A DNA stretch of 64,000 bases from Caproicibacter sp. GTDB lineage: Bacteria > Bacillota > Clostridia > Oscillospirales > Acutalibacteraceae. The stretch is taken from positions 8,038 to 72,037 of the forward strand of contig JBFLFY010000004.1 of NCBI GenBank assembly GCA_041859875.1. Reading direction: 5' to 3'. The position numbers were made by a program, and so were the translations under genes. Position 1 is the stretch's first letter. Every line of letters starts with the position of its first letter. Below, piece after piece: positions 30,117 through 39,922 of the stretch. The notes beneath the pieces were generated by a model. The model searched no databases. It had not been told where the DNA came from and worked only from the letters and a program-made list of their open reading frames with translations.

Positions 30117-32213
30117 TCAATGTTCTGGAATACTTTTATGCGAATTTCGTTTTTTTCTGGTTGGGTTTTCTTTTTTGGCGGGCTGTTTCTTTTCCGGTTT
30201 CTTTCCAGCCGGTTTCGCCTTCCTAGGCTTTTTCCCGCTCGCCTTTCCCCCAGGCGGCTCTGCTTCCGCCTGTTCCATTGTTGCGGGAAACTGCGGTTTT
30301 TCCTTTTTCTCCCTGCAGCGCAGGAAAATTGCCGAAAGCGGCGGCAGTGTGAGGCTTATGGATTGTGCAAAGCCGTGCATACCCGGTTCTGAACTGCGGA
30401 TGCTGTTTCCGTTTGTTATGCCGCTGCCGCCGTACTTTTTGTCATCGGAAGAAAACACCTCTTCGTAAATGCCTTCATACGGTGCGCCGATGCGGTAATC
30501 ATCGCGCCGAATCGGAAGAAAGTTACAAACGATAATCAGCTCGCCGCCGGATTTATCAAATCTGCGGAAGGCAATCACGCTCTGCGTGTAGTCATCATTT
30601 GAAATCCAGGAAAAGCCTTCCCACGAAAAATCGACTTCCCAAAGCGGCGCATTTTCCAGATAAAAATGGTTCAGGTCATGGAAAAATTGTTTTTGCTTCC
30701 GGTGCTGCTCATAGTCCAGCAGCAGCCAGTCCAATTCCTTTTCATAGTTCCACTCAATAAACTGACTGAACTCCGTTCCCATGAAAATCAGCTTTTTGCC
30801 CGGGTGCGCCATCATGTAAGCCATGAAAAGCCGCACGCCCGCAAACTTTTCTTCGTAAGTTCCCGGCATTTTATTAATGAGTGAAGATTTGCCATGCACC
30901 ACTTCATCGTGGGAAACCGGAAGGACAAAGTTTTCGGAAAAAGCATAGAAAAATGAAAAAGTAATATTGTCATGGTTAAACTTGCGGTACACGGGGTCGA
31001 GGGAAGTGTAGTGCAGCATATCGTTCATCCAGCCCATATTCCACTTGTAGTTAAATCCAAGGCCTCCACAGTAAGTCGGGTGGGAAACCATCGGCCACGA
31101 AGTCGATTCTTCCGCAATCATCATCACATCCGGGAACTGGGCAAATACAGTTTCATTTAACTTCTGCAGAAAAGTTACAGCTTCCAGGTTCTCTTTACCG
31201 CCGTTTTTGTTGGGAATCCATTCGCCCTCTTTGCGGCTGTAGTCCAAGTACAGCATAGAGGCAACGGCGTCAACGCGCAGGCCGTCAATATGGTAATTTT
31301 CCAGCCAGAAAACCGCACTGGAAATCAGGAAGCTGAGGACCTCGTTCTTTCCGTAATCAAAGACCAGCGTTCCCCACTCTTTATGCTCGCCCTTGCGTGG
31401 GTCAGCATACTCGTAGCAAGGCGTGCCGTCAAACTTCGCAAGGCCGAACTCGTCTTTCGGGAAATGCGCCGGAACCCAGTCCATAATGACACCGATGCCG
31501 GCCTCATGGCACTTTTCCACAAACTGCATGAACTGCTTTGGCTGCCCATAACGGGAAGTCGGCGCAAAATACCCGCTCACCTGGTAGCCCCAGGAGCCAT
31601 CATACGGATACTCCGTTACCGGCATCAGCTCAATGTGGGTGTAGCCCATGTCTTTTACATAGGGAATCAGCTCATCGGCCAGTTTGTCATAAGAAAAGAC
31701 GTTTCCATCTTTGTAGCGCCGCCAAGAACCTGCGTGCACTTCATAAATATTAACCGGCTGGCTGTAATGAGGCTTTTCCTTCTTGTGGCGGAACCAGGCT
31801 TCATCATGCCACTGAAAACCGGAAATGTCGCAGTACTTGGAAGCGTTGCCCGGCGCGGTTTCAAAATGGAAGGCATACGGATCGCTCTTAAGGACCTGCG
31901 TACCATCCTGTGAAGTCACACAGAACTTGTAAGAATCAAACTGATTGAGCATTTGCGGCAGCCAGCATTCCCACACGCCGCTGCTGATTTTTTCAAGCGG
32001 AGTTGTTTCGGGGTCCCACTGGTTAAAATCCGCCGTAAGAGAAACAGCAGAAGCATTCGGAGCCCATACACGGCATGACATGCAAGGCTTTCCGTTCCTT
32101 ATGGCCTTATGTACACCAAGAAATTCATATGCCTTGTAATTTGTTCCCTGGTGAAACAAGTAGAGAGGCAGGTTATCACTTTCTGATTTTTTTTGTTTCG
32201 GCACGAAGAACAA
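30117..32213 (-). CDS. glgB: 1,4-alpha-glucan branching enzyme (GH13) with Lys/Pro-rich tail
   Basis: DWVPAHF, DGLRVDAV, AEEST, SHDEVVHGK. Confidence 0.97.
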   Translation of the reverse strand: MFFVPKQKKSESDNLPLYLFHQGTNYKAYEFLGVHKAIRNGKPCMSCRVWAPNASAVSLTADFNQWDPETTPLEKISSGVWECWLPQMLNQFDSYKFCVTSQDGTQVLKSDPYAFHFETAPGNASKYCDISGFQWHDEAWFRHKKEKPHYSQPVNIYEVHAGSWRRYKDGNVFSYDKLADELIPYVKDMGYTHIELMPVTEYPYDGSWGYQVSGYFAPTSRYGQPKQFMQFVEKCHEAGIGVIMDWVPAHFPKDEFGLAKFDGTPCYEYADPRKGEHKEWGTLVFDYGKNEVLSFLISSAVFWLENYHIDGLRVDAVASMLYLDYSRKEGEWIPNKNGGKENLEAVTFLQKLNETVFAQFPDVMMIAEESTSWPMVSHPTYCGGLGFNYKWNMGWMNDMLHYTSLDPVYRKFNHDNITFSFFYAFSENFVLPVSHDEVVHGKSSLINKMPGTYEEKFAGVRLFMAYMMAHPGKKLIFMGTEFSQFIEWNYEKELDWLLLDYEQHRKQKQFFHDLNHFYLENAPLWEVDFSWEGFSWISNDDYTQSVIAFRRFDKSGGELIIVCNFLPIRRDDYRIGAPYEGIYEEVFSSDDKKYGGSGITNGNSIRSSEPGMHGFAQSISLTLPPLSAIFLRCREKKEKPQFPATMEQAEAEPPGGKASGKKPRKAKPAGKKPEKKQPAKKENPTRKKRNSHKSIPEH

Positions 32214-32471
32214 CTTCCTTTCGGATTGCCGCTGTGCTTTTGTGGATATTTTATAAAATAATCATACCACAACGTGCAAAAATTTCAAGGGTTTTTGGCT
32301 ATTTTCTTGCAAATTTGCTATTACAGTCTATATTATTTTGTGTACTTTGTTACAAAACTTCTCGTGTAATCATCTGTAGCTGCTATACTTTCTTATCATA
32401 CCACACCCGGCTGTCGTTTTTTCAATTTTTTAGGAACCTGAGCATACAGAAAATACCAACAAAATGAAAGC

Positions 32472-32513
32472 AGCGAGGCACTCGGTTCTGCAAAACCGAG
32501 TGCCCCGCTTTTT
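32472..32513. terminator. Terminator-like hairpin downstream of the MMPL operon
   Basis: AGCGAGGCACTCGGTT...AACCGAGTGCCCCGCT. Confidence 0.55.
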
Positions 32514-32548
32514 GAAAAACTGTCTATATGTGTGTTAAAAGGAATTGC

Positions 32549-35170
32549 TTAATGCTTAAAAAGGCCGGTGAACGAATTCCATAGACCAACAAACACATTG
32601 CCCACACGCTGCCAGAAATTTGTGTTGTCCTGCGTGTTCTGCGTCTTGTTGGCGGTCGCAGCAGAGCCAACCTTAATCTCCTGCGTACGGAAAATCATCT
32701 GTACGCTGTGCGGTGACGTATTCTGAGAAGACGTCATGGAAACCGGCTTTGCAGAAGGATCCATCAGCAGGACATTGTTGCTGCCGCCGGTGTGGGAATC
32801 CCACTCATCCTTAACAAGATCGTTAATTGTTTTCTTTGAATTGCGAATGTCCCCGGTTCCCGAAAAGCCCTTAGTGGATTCCCGAAGCGCTTTGGAAAGG
32901 CTTTCGAGCGACTTCTTTGTACTTGCATCCACTTTCGAGCCGCTGTTTGAAACAACGGATTTTAAACTGCGGAGCGCATTGTCGGTATTCTTTACACCCG
33001 AAGAAACATTCTGCGCAGCTTTTTTGCTGTCTGCAAGCGCCCTTTGTGTTTCCGGAAGATCGTTGTTCAGCGTCTGATTCAATGCCGCTATCTGGTCAAT
33101 CGCAGTGTCGGCATTGTGCGTCATGGCGGTTAGAGTGCCGCCCGCCTTGTTCACATCGCCAAGCAGGCCATTCGCTCCAAGTGTTCCGCACAGGGTGTTC
33201 AGGCTGGAAACTACACTGGCTGTCGGTGCGGCGATGCTGCTCATTAGGTTATTGACGCTGGCAATCTGGGAATTCACTTGGTCGATTGCCGCATTAGCAG
33301 AAGATGCCTGCACCAACATCTGGTTCATACCGGCTGCTCCGCCTAGGCTCTGGCCGGTTAACCACATTTCATAAAGCTGCTCCGTAAGTGCACTCTGGAT
33401 ATAGGTCTTAAAACCCGCGTCAGTCGGGTCACTTGTTTTGTTTGCGCTAAGGTATGCTTCATAGGACTTATGAAGCGTGTTAGCCTGCGCAAGAGCCGCC
33501 TTAAACGCTGTTTCACCGCCAGCAGCCTTTTCCGCGCTGTACAGATTGGAAAGTGCCTGAGCTTTTTGCTGCGCTGCCTGCATGGTTTCACCGCTTTGCA
33601 CCAGATAGCCCGTTATAAACGTTTGGAATCCGGCATCGGTCGGGTCACTCTGGCTGTGCTGCCGCAGGTAAGATTCATAGGCAGTGTGCAGGGAGTTGGC
33701 ATTTTGAAGCAATGTAAGGAATGCTGTTTCACCGCCGGCAGCCTTTTCATTCGCCCAAAGCTGGTTCAGAGAAGCCGCGTCAGCTGCTTCACCGGCATAA
33801 ATAGCATCTTTCGGTGCCGTGCCGCCGGGAGCATTTTTCACTGCGGTATCGGCCTTGGTATAATACCCGTCAACAGAGGACATCAGCTGCCTCAGCCCAG
33901 CCTGGTCGGAAGGAACGACCACACCATCTACGGCAATTTTACTCATGGGAGAAAGCGCATTGTGGCTTTTTAAGTAAGTCAAAGTCGTATTCAAAGAGTC
34001 CAGGCTTTTTCTAAGGCTTGTAAGGTCATCGTTCAGCTTCGCGCCGTCTTTCTGCGCTGAAGTAATATCAGAGCGGCATTCCGCAAGCTGTGTTTTCAGT
34101 GAAACCAGCGTGTTTGTCAGTGCATTCAGGTGTGAATTGATGTCGCCCAGCTCTTTGGAGGCTGCATCCAGATGGCTGGAAAGCGGCTGAAGAGCATCGG
34201 AAAGACTGTCAAAATTATAAAGGGCAATGTCAATGGAGTTCTCAATATCTCCCCGCGCCTCGGAAACAGAAGCGCGTGCTTCATTCAGCTGGTCCAAGCC
34301 ATCCGCGGCGTCATTCAGATTTCCGCCGATGCCGTCAAGAGAATCCAGGATGGTGTCGAAACTCTTGCTGATGGAGTCGTAGGAATTTTCTGTCTTGCTT
34401 TTCGCTTTGCGCAGGTCGGCAATTTGATTCAGCTGTGAAAGCGTTGCCGGAACAGCAAGAAAGGTAAGGCCGGAACTTGTAAAGCTGTTGCTGCCTACCT
34501 TAATGCAGATATGCTGTGTTTCACCGGGCATTGCTGCAAAGAGCACCGTGCGCAGGTTGCCAAGCAGCTGCACCTGCGCGCCCTGTGCTTCCAGTGAAAG
34601 AATATCATCCGCATTGAAAGCCGTCATGCCAATCAGCACAAGGTTGTTGCGATAATATTCCCCGGCGCTCTTGTTCGGCGTGGCATCCACATTGATTTCA
34701 ACCAGGCCGGTCTTCCCGGCAATATCCTCGGCTTTCGTTTCTACACCGTTCAGGCGGTAAGAAACCTTCATCGTCCACGGAAAATCCGTGTATGGCTGCG
34801 CGGTCTTGCCTTCAAAGTAAAAGCGGCCGGAAGCAGCTCCGCTCGTATTGAACGAAATTTTGTCCCCGGAAACCGTAGGGGTCTTATCATCCGTCAGATT
34901 GTTGATTTTTGTGTATGTACCGTAATCGGTAATAGAAGAAGCTCCGTTCAGATTATAGCTTTTTACAACGCTGCCCTCTTTCAACTTGCCATAACAGTCA
35001 AGCGTTGCATAGTAAGTTTCATCATAACTTGGGTTAACGGATGCAGCAGAAACAGAGACTCCGCTGCCCACAGCTCCGCCAAGGACTGCGGCGCAGAGCG
35101 CCACGGAAAGCAAACGTTTTGCGGCTCCGCCGACACATTTTTTGTTCAGCGGATGTTTGGAATACAGCAC
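32549..35170 (-). CDS. Large secreted coiled-coil partner of MMPL transporter (YhgE/Pip-like architecture)
   Basis: Signal peptide, long heptad regions, internal 72-aa repeat, amphipathic C-terminus FWQRVGNVFVGLWNSF. Confidence 0.7.
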   Translation of the reverse strand: MLYSKHPLNKKCVGGAAKRLLSVALCAAVLGGAVGSGVSVSAASVNPSYDETYYATLDCYGKLKEGSVVKSYNLNGASSITDYGTYTKINNLTDDKTPTVSGDKISFNTSGAASGRFYFEGKTAQPYTDFPWTMKVSYRLNGVETKAEDIAGKTGLVEINVDATPNKSAGEYYRNNLVLIGMTAFNADDILSLEAQGAQVQLLGNLRTVLFAAMPGETQHICIKVGSNSFTSSGLTFLAVPATLSQLNQIADLRKAKSKTENSYDSISKSFDTILDSLDGIGGNLNDAADGLDQLNEARASVSEARGDIENSIDIALYNFDSLSDALQPLSSHLDAASKELGDINSHLNALTNTLVSLKTQLAECRSDITSAQKDGAKLNDDLTSLRKSLDSLNTTLTYLKSHNALSPMSKIAVDGVVVPSDQAGLRQLMSSVDGYYTKADTAVKNAPGGTAPKDAIYAGEAADAASLNQLWANEKAAGGETAFLTLLQNANSLHTAYESYLRQHSQSDPTDAGFQTFITGYLVQSGETMQAAQQKAQALSNLYSAEKAAGGETAFKAALAQANTLHKSYEAYLSANKTSDPTDAGFKTYIQSALTEQLYEMWLTGQSLGGAAGMNQMLVQASSANAAIDQVNSQIASVNNLMSSIAAPTASVVSSLNTLCGTLGANGLLGDVNKAGGTLTAMTHNADTAIDQIAALNQTLNNDLPETQRALADSKKAAQNVSSGVKNTDNALRSLKSVVSNSGSKVDASTKKSLESLSKALRESTKGFSGTGDIRNSKKTINDLVKDEWDSHTGGSNNVLLMDPSAKPVSMTSSQNTSPHSVQMIFRTQEIKVGSAATANKTQNTQDNTNFWQRVGNVFVGLWNSFTGLFKH

Positions 35171-35217
35171 GGTATCATTACTCCTTTGCTTTTTGATAAG
35201 AATCGGAATGACATTGT

Positions 35218-37320
35218 TTACACTGTTTTTTTCCTATGCAGTATGTGAATAGGCTTTGGGTTACTCCAATTCAAGCTCGTATGAGCAAAAATCGGTTCGC
35301 ATACTGAGAGGAGGGATGGCAGGATAAAGATGGTGACAACAGCGGAAATCAGTGCACCGCGTGCCAGCATCATGCAGATGCTGCTGATAATCCCAATCTT
35401 CGAAATAATGCCAACACCAAGTGTCGCGCAGAAAAGCACGAGCGAGCTGGTAATAACAGAAACGTCGGAAGTATCCGCCGCAATAATAATTGCTTCTTTT
35501 CTGCTCTTGCCATTCTGCAGCTCTTCGCGGAACCTCGTGGTCATTAAGATAGCATAGTCCACGGTTGCGCCAAGCTGCACACATCCAATCACGGTTGGCG
35601 CAATAAACGGAATTGCAACATTGGTAAAGTACGGTATTCCCTGGTTGATAAAAATTGCAAGCTCAATGGATGCAACAAGAACAATCGGGACCGTAATAGA
35701 TTTAAACAGAATCATGACAATCAGGAAAATAGCTGCTATGGAAATGTAATTTGTTACGCTGAAATCGACCGAGGAAGTCTTAATTAAGTCATCTGTCAGG
35801 GCAGCTTCTCCGGTAATATAGGCTTTGGGGTCATAGGACTTTGCAATCTTGTTCAGCTCCGTAAGCTGGCTGCTCACTTCGTTTGAAGCCGCGGTGTAAC
35901 GGGAATTCACCATAATAATCTGCATCCCGTCTTTTTTGCACAAATCCTTGACTTCCTGTGGAACAAAGGAATCCGGGATTTCCGGGCTGACAAATTTGTT
36001 GTAAGCAACGACCGTTTCAACACCATCGGTCTTTTCCATTTTGTTAACCATCTGCTTGAGCTTCTGGTTTCCGACGCTGTCGTTTACAACAACGAAATGA
36101 GTCGTTGACATATCATAGTCTTTTTTCAGTTTGTTTGTCGCAATAATAGAAGGCATATCCTGCGGAAGGGAACGGTCAAGCTTGTAGTAAACTGGCGCAT
36201 TGTTCTGCGCGTAAAAGCTCGGCAGAATGAGCAGGAGAAACAAAACAACAAATGCCTTGCGGTGCTTAATAATAAATTGGTTCATGCGGGAACAGTCGGG
36301 GTTGAAAACCGGGTGCTTATATTTTTGAATCGGTTTGTCGAGTACTAAGAGCAGTGCCGGAAGCACCAAAACGACCGTAGCCACACCAAGCACAACACCT
36401 TTTGCCATAACAATGCCGATGTCGCGCCCTAAGAGCAGGCGCATAAAGCACAAAGCTAAGAAACCTGCTATTGTAGTCAGCGAACTGCCGGAAAGCGACG
36501 TAAACGCCGCAACAATCGCATTGGCCATGGCATCGCGGTTGTCATCACACTTCTGCTGCTCCTCCCGGTATCGGTTGTAAAGGAAAATGGAATAGTCCAT
36601 GGTGACGCCAAGCTGAAGAATACCGGCAATCGCCATGGTTATGTAAGAAATTTGACCCATAAAAATATTTGTTCCGAAATTGTAAATGACTGCGAGCCCA
36701 ATGTCCAGCAGGAAAGTAACTGGGAGCAGCCAGGAGTCCATCGTCAGCGACATCGCCGCAAAGGAGAGGATGACGGCCAGCAGGATATACTGTGGAAGCT
36801 CCTGGTCTACCAGGTTTTTCGTGTCTTTTACAACGATGGAGAAACCAGCGAGAAAACATTGTTTGTTACATAGCTTTCGTATATCTTCTATCGCTTTCAT
36901 GGTTTCCTGCGAAGCGCCCGGTTTGTCGAACTGAATAATCATCAATGTCGAGTCGCCGGCGTAAAATGATTTCCGCACATCATTCGGAATCATTGAGGTC
37001 GGAATCTGGATTCCTGCAAGACTGGAAGGCCACAGGGCATGTGTAACACCCGGCACCTTTTCAATGGACTTTTGAAGAGAGTTTGTATATGCGGATGGCA
37101 TATCCTTCACAATCAGCATTGAGGTTGCCGCATTATGAAACGGTTCTTCCAAAAGTTTTTCTCCTTTTGCGGAATCTGCTTCCGGGGGTAAGTAAGTCAA
37201 AATGTCATAATTAACCTTTGTAGCAACTGCGCCGAAGATGCAGGGAATAATCAGCAGAACTGCTATCAGGACAACGAGTTTCGGCTTACGCGTTAGGGTT
37301 CGAGCAATTTTTTGCAGCAT
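35218..37320 (-). CDS. MMPL/RND family transporter
   Basis: Two 6-TM repeats with LQLGVTMDY and VQLGATVDY motifs. Confidence 0.9.
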   Translation of the reverse strand: MLQKIARTLTRKPKLVVLIAVLLIIPCIFGAVATKVNYDILTYLPPEADSAKGEKLLEEPFHNAATSMLIVKDMPSAYTNSLQKSIEKVPGVTHALWPSSLAGIQIPTSMIPNDVRKSFYAGDSTLMIIQFDKPGASQETMKAIEDIRKLCNKQCFLAGFSIVVKDTKNLVDQELPQYILLAVILSFAAMSLTMDSWLLPVTFLLDIGLAVIYNFGTNIFMGQISYITMAIAGILQLGVTMDYSIFLYNRYREEQQKCDDNRDAMANAIVAAFTSLSGSSLTTIAGFLALCFMRLLLGRDIGIVMAKGVVLGVATVVLVLPALLLVLDKPIQKYKHPVFNPDCSRMNQFIIKHRKAFVVLFLLLILPSFYAQNNAPVYYKLDRSLPQDMPSIIATNKLKKDYDMSTTHFVVVNDSVGNQKLKQMVNKMEKTDGVETVVAYNKFVSPEIPDSFVPQEVKDLCKKDGMQIIMVNSRYTAASNEVSSQLTELNKIAKSYDPKAYITGEAALTDDLIKTSSVDFSVTNYISIAAIFLIVMILFKSITVPIVLVASIELAIFINQGIPYFTNVAIPFIAPTVIGCVQLGATVDYAILMTTRFREELQNGKSRKEAIIIAADTSDVSVITSSLVLFCATLGVGIISKIGIISSICMMLARGALISAVVTIFILPSLLSVCEPIFAHTSLNWSNPKPIHILHRKKTV

Positions 37321-37364
37321 TTTTTCACCTTCTGAAGTTGTTTTGCAATGGTATCTCTGCCTTT

Positions 37365-37394
37365 ACTATATTGGCAAAAGGCCGGTCCTGTCAA
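37365..37394 (-). promoter_or_regulatory. Putative sigmaA promoter of the MMPL operon
   Basis: TTGACA-18 bp-TATAGT. Confidence 0.55.
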
Positions 37395-37560
37395 CAAATC
37401 GGAACCTATTTTCATAATTTTTAATAGCTTTTTGCTGCCGAAATCCCTTATAATTTAAAAGGCGGGGAACTCAAGAAGTGCACGGGATAAACTAGTGTAT
37501 CTTCCCGGGAAACAGTGTATAATGGAAAAAAGGCCGTACATTCGGAGGAGTGGTATGTTT

Positions 37561-38307
37561 ATGGCAGAAGAGCCAAAAAAGAAAATTCTAATTGTCGATG
37601 ACGATGCATCAATTTTAATGCTGCTTTCCGATGTCTTGCAGGACAGCGGCTATGAAGTGACAACTTCTTCTTCCGGGGAAGAATGTATCCGGCTGATTCA
37701 AAAACAGATTTTCGACATGATTATCCTTGACATTATGATGAAAGGTATCAGTGGACTTGACGTCTGCCGCCGAATCCGCGATTCTGTCAGCTGCCCCATT
37801 TTGTTTCTGAGTGCAAAAGACACTTCAGCCGATGTAGTAAACGGCCTTGCCCTCGGCGCGGATGACTACCTTACAAAGCCGTTTGTGCTGGAAGAACTGG
37901 TGGCGCGTATTAATGCGCACCTTCGCCGCGAACGCCGCGCTGCCGAACCGGTTAGGGCCTCCTCTGCAATACAGATTGGTGAAATCAGGCTTGACCGGGA
38001 AAGCATGACCGTCACAAAAAGCGGCACCCCAGTTGCCGTTTCCACAAAAGAATTCGAACTTCTCGACTACCTAATGCAGAACGCCGGGCAAACGCTTGCC
38101 CGCAAAAAAATTTTTCACGACGTGTGGAAAACTGATTACGGCGACGTTGGCACCGTAGCTATTAATATTAAGAACCTGCGTTCCAAACTTGACCCGGACT
38201 GGCAGTATATAAAAACCGTGTGGGGCTCCGGCTACCTCTTTGTAACGCAAAGCGGCTTTGCCGACGAAAAAGCCATGGAAGGCGGCAGCAATGAAACGCA
38301 AGAATGA
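37561..38307 (+). CDS. OmpR-family response regulator
   Basis: IVDDD, LDIMM, GADDYLTKPF, TVWGSGY; start could be 37555 or 37561. Confidence 0.93.
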   Translation: MAEEPKKKILIVDDDASILMLLSDVLQDSGYEVTTSSSGEECIRLIQKQIFDMIILDIMMKGISGLDVCRRIRDSVSCPILFLSAKDTSADVVNGLALGADDYLTKPFVLEELVARINAHLRRERRAAEPVRASSAIQIGEIRLDRESMTVTKSGTPVAVSTKEFELLDYLMQNAGQTLARKKIFHDVWKTDYGDVGTVAINIKNLRSKLDPDWQYIKTVWGSGYLFVTQSGFADEKAMEGGSNETQE

Positions 38308-39637
38308 AAAAAGAAAGATCTTTGTAGCCGGCTGGCTCAGCAACCACCTTTCGCATAAAGCGCTGGTTGCTCTTGTCCTTCTGGCCTGCGCAAGCGGCCT
38401 TGTTCTGTTCCATTGCTTTATTTCCTACCTGGGGAGCTACGCCGACAGCACTTACAACAAGCTGATTTCAGAATCGCAGTCCGGTGCACAGAGCGCCGCG
38501 ACCTTTCTCCATGAATGCGGCGGTAATTTTGAGCCTCTGAAAAGCTATGCTACAGAGCATAAAATTTCCTGCGAGGTGCGCGACAGCAACGGCGTCCTCC
38601 TCTTTGAATACCGGCCGCTGAAAGAAGAAAATAACTTTCTTGTTTCAAGCAGTGCGAAAACGACTTTGAACAGCGGTGCCGTTCTTACGGTGCGTACTTG
38701 GAGCATGCCGATTAAAGAAAATCAAATCAGCAGTTCGCTGCGCCAGCGCACCGTTGCAGGGCTGATTGTCCTTGTTGTGTGCATCTTTATTGTTGTTGCC
38801 ATCACACTGTACCTGTTGGTGCTTGCACCTATTATCAGCCTGCGGCAGACGTTTAAATCGTATTATGAGCAGGGTGCTCTTCCCGAACGCAGCAACCGCC
38901 AGGATGAAATCGGGAAGCTGCAGGATACATTCGTCGACATGGTGGATGTTCTGGAAAACAAGGAGCAGGCGGAGCGCCGGCTGATTGCTTCTGTTTCACA
39001 CGACATTAAGACGCCGCTTACTTCTGTGATGGGCTTTTCTGAACGCCTTCTTTCCGGTGAATTTTCGCCGGAAAAGCGCAATATTTATCTGCATAACATC
39101 TACGACAAATCACTTGCTATTAAAGGCATTGTAGACGAGTTTGACGACTATCTGGATGCAAATATCCGCAGTGACACACCGATGTGCCTGATGGCTATGA
39201 ATGATTTTTGCCAGGCTGTGTGCAAGGAATATCAGGACGAGCTTTCCGACGCCGGTGTAGAGTTTACCGTGGAATGCACCTGTCCGAACGAACAGATTCG
39301 CTGCAACTACGGCCACCTGATGCGTTTTCTCGGGAATCTTGTGGGCAACAGCATTAAACACGCAAATGTGGAGCCGCTGAAACTGAAGTTGAGCTGCCAC
39401 TGGGAAGACGACCGAATTGTTCTGGCTTTTTCAGACAATGGGCAGGGCGTTCCTGAAAAAATGCTCAAACAGATTTTTGAGCCGTTCTTTACAACCGACC
39501 GAGGCCGCAAGGTTTCGGGGCTTGGCCTGAGTATCTGCGAAAACATCATCCGCACTCACGGGGGAACCATTTGCGCCAAGAACCAGCCTTCCGGCGGTTT
39601 GCTGATTGAAGCCCGCCTGCCCTGCGCAAAGCTCTAA
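38291..39637 (+). CDS. HAMP-domain sensor histidine kinase
   Basis: Two TMs, DEIGKL HAMP, SHDIKTPLT H-box, DNGQG, FEPFFT, GLGLSI. Confidence 0.93.
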   Translation: MKRKNEKRKIFVAGWLSNHLSHKALVALVLLACASGLVLFHCFISYLGSYADSTYNKLISESQSGAQSAATFLHECGGNFEPLKSYATEHKISCEVRDSNGVLLFEYRPLKEENNFLVSSSAKTTLNSGAVLTVRTWSMPIKENQISSSLRQRTVAGLIVLVVCIFIVVAITLYLLVLAPIISLRQTFKSYYEQGALPERSNRQDEIGKLQDTFVDMVDVLENKEQAERRLIASVSHDIKTPLTSVMGFSERLLSGEFSPEKRNIYLHNIYDKSLAIKGIVDEFDDYLDANIRSDTPMCLMAMNDFCQAVCKEYQDELSDAGVEFTVECTCPNEQIRCNYGHLMRFLGNLVGNSIKHANVEPLKLKLSCHWEDDRIVLAFSDNGQGVPEKMLKQIFEPFFTTDRGRKVSGLGLSICENIIRTHGGTICAKNQPSGGLLIEARLPCAKL

Positions 39638-39649
39638 AAAAACTTTTCC

Positions 39650-39678
39650 TTGTCAAATCGGTGAACCTGTGTTATAAT
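39650..39678 (+). promoter_or_regulatory. sigmaA promoter of the lsa-type locus
   Basis: TTGTCA-17 bp-TATAAT with TG extension. Confidence 0.75.
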
Positions 39679-39699
39679 GACGTCCAAATATTAAAAAGA

Positions 39700-39905
39700 T
39701 TGGAGCTGGAAGGATGCATAAATTTTCCTGCTGATGAAGTTGAGTATGGCAATCTCTGACGTTGTGTACCGTCTGGTTTGCTGTGCTATCGCAGGAAAAG
39801 CAATGCTTCCGCCAGCTCTGTTTTTATGTCTTTTGCAGGTTTTCTGCCAAAGATATATAAAAATCAGGCTGCAGGAACAGTATCTTCCTGCGGCCTGATT
39901 TTCAT
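39700..39905 (+). promoter_or_regulatory. Ribosome-dependent attenuator leader with uORF MHKFSC (39714-39734)
   Basis: GGAG RBS plus 6-codon uORF; alternative TTCCTGC/GCAGGAA pairings; strong hairpin 39860-39902. Confidence 0.6.
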
Positions 39906-39922
39906 ATACGGGAGGCAGCTTT

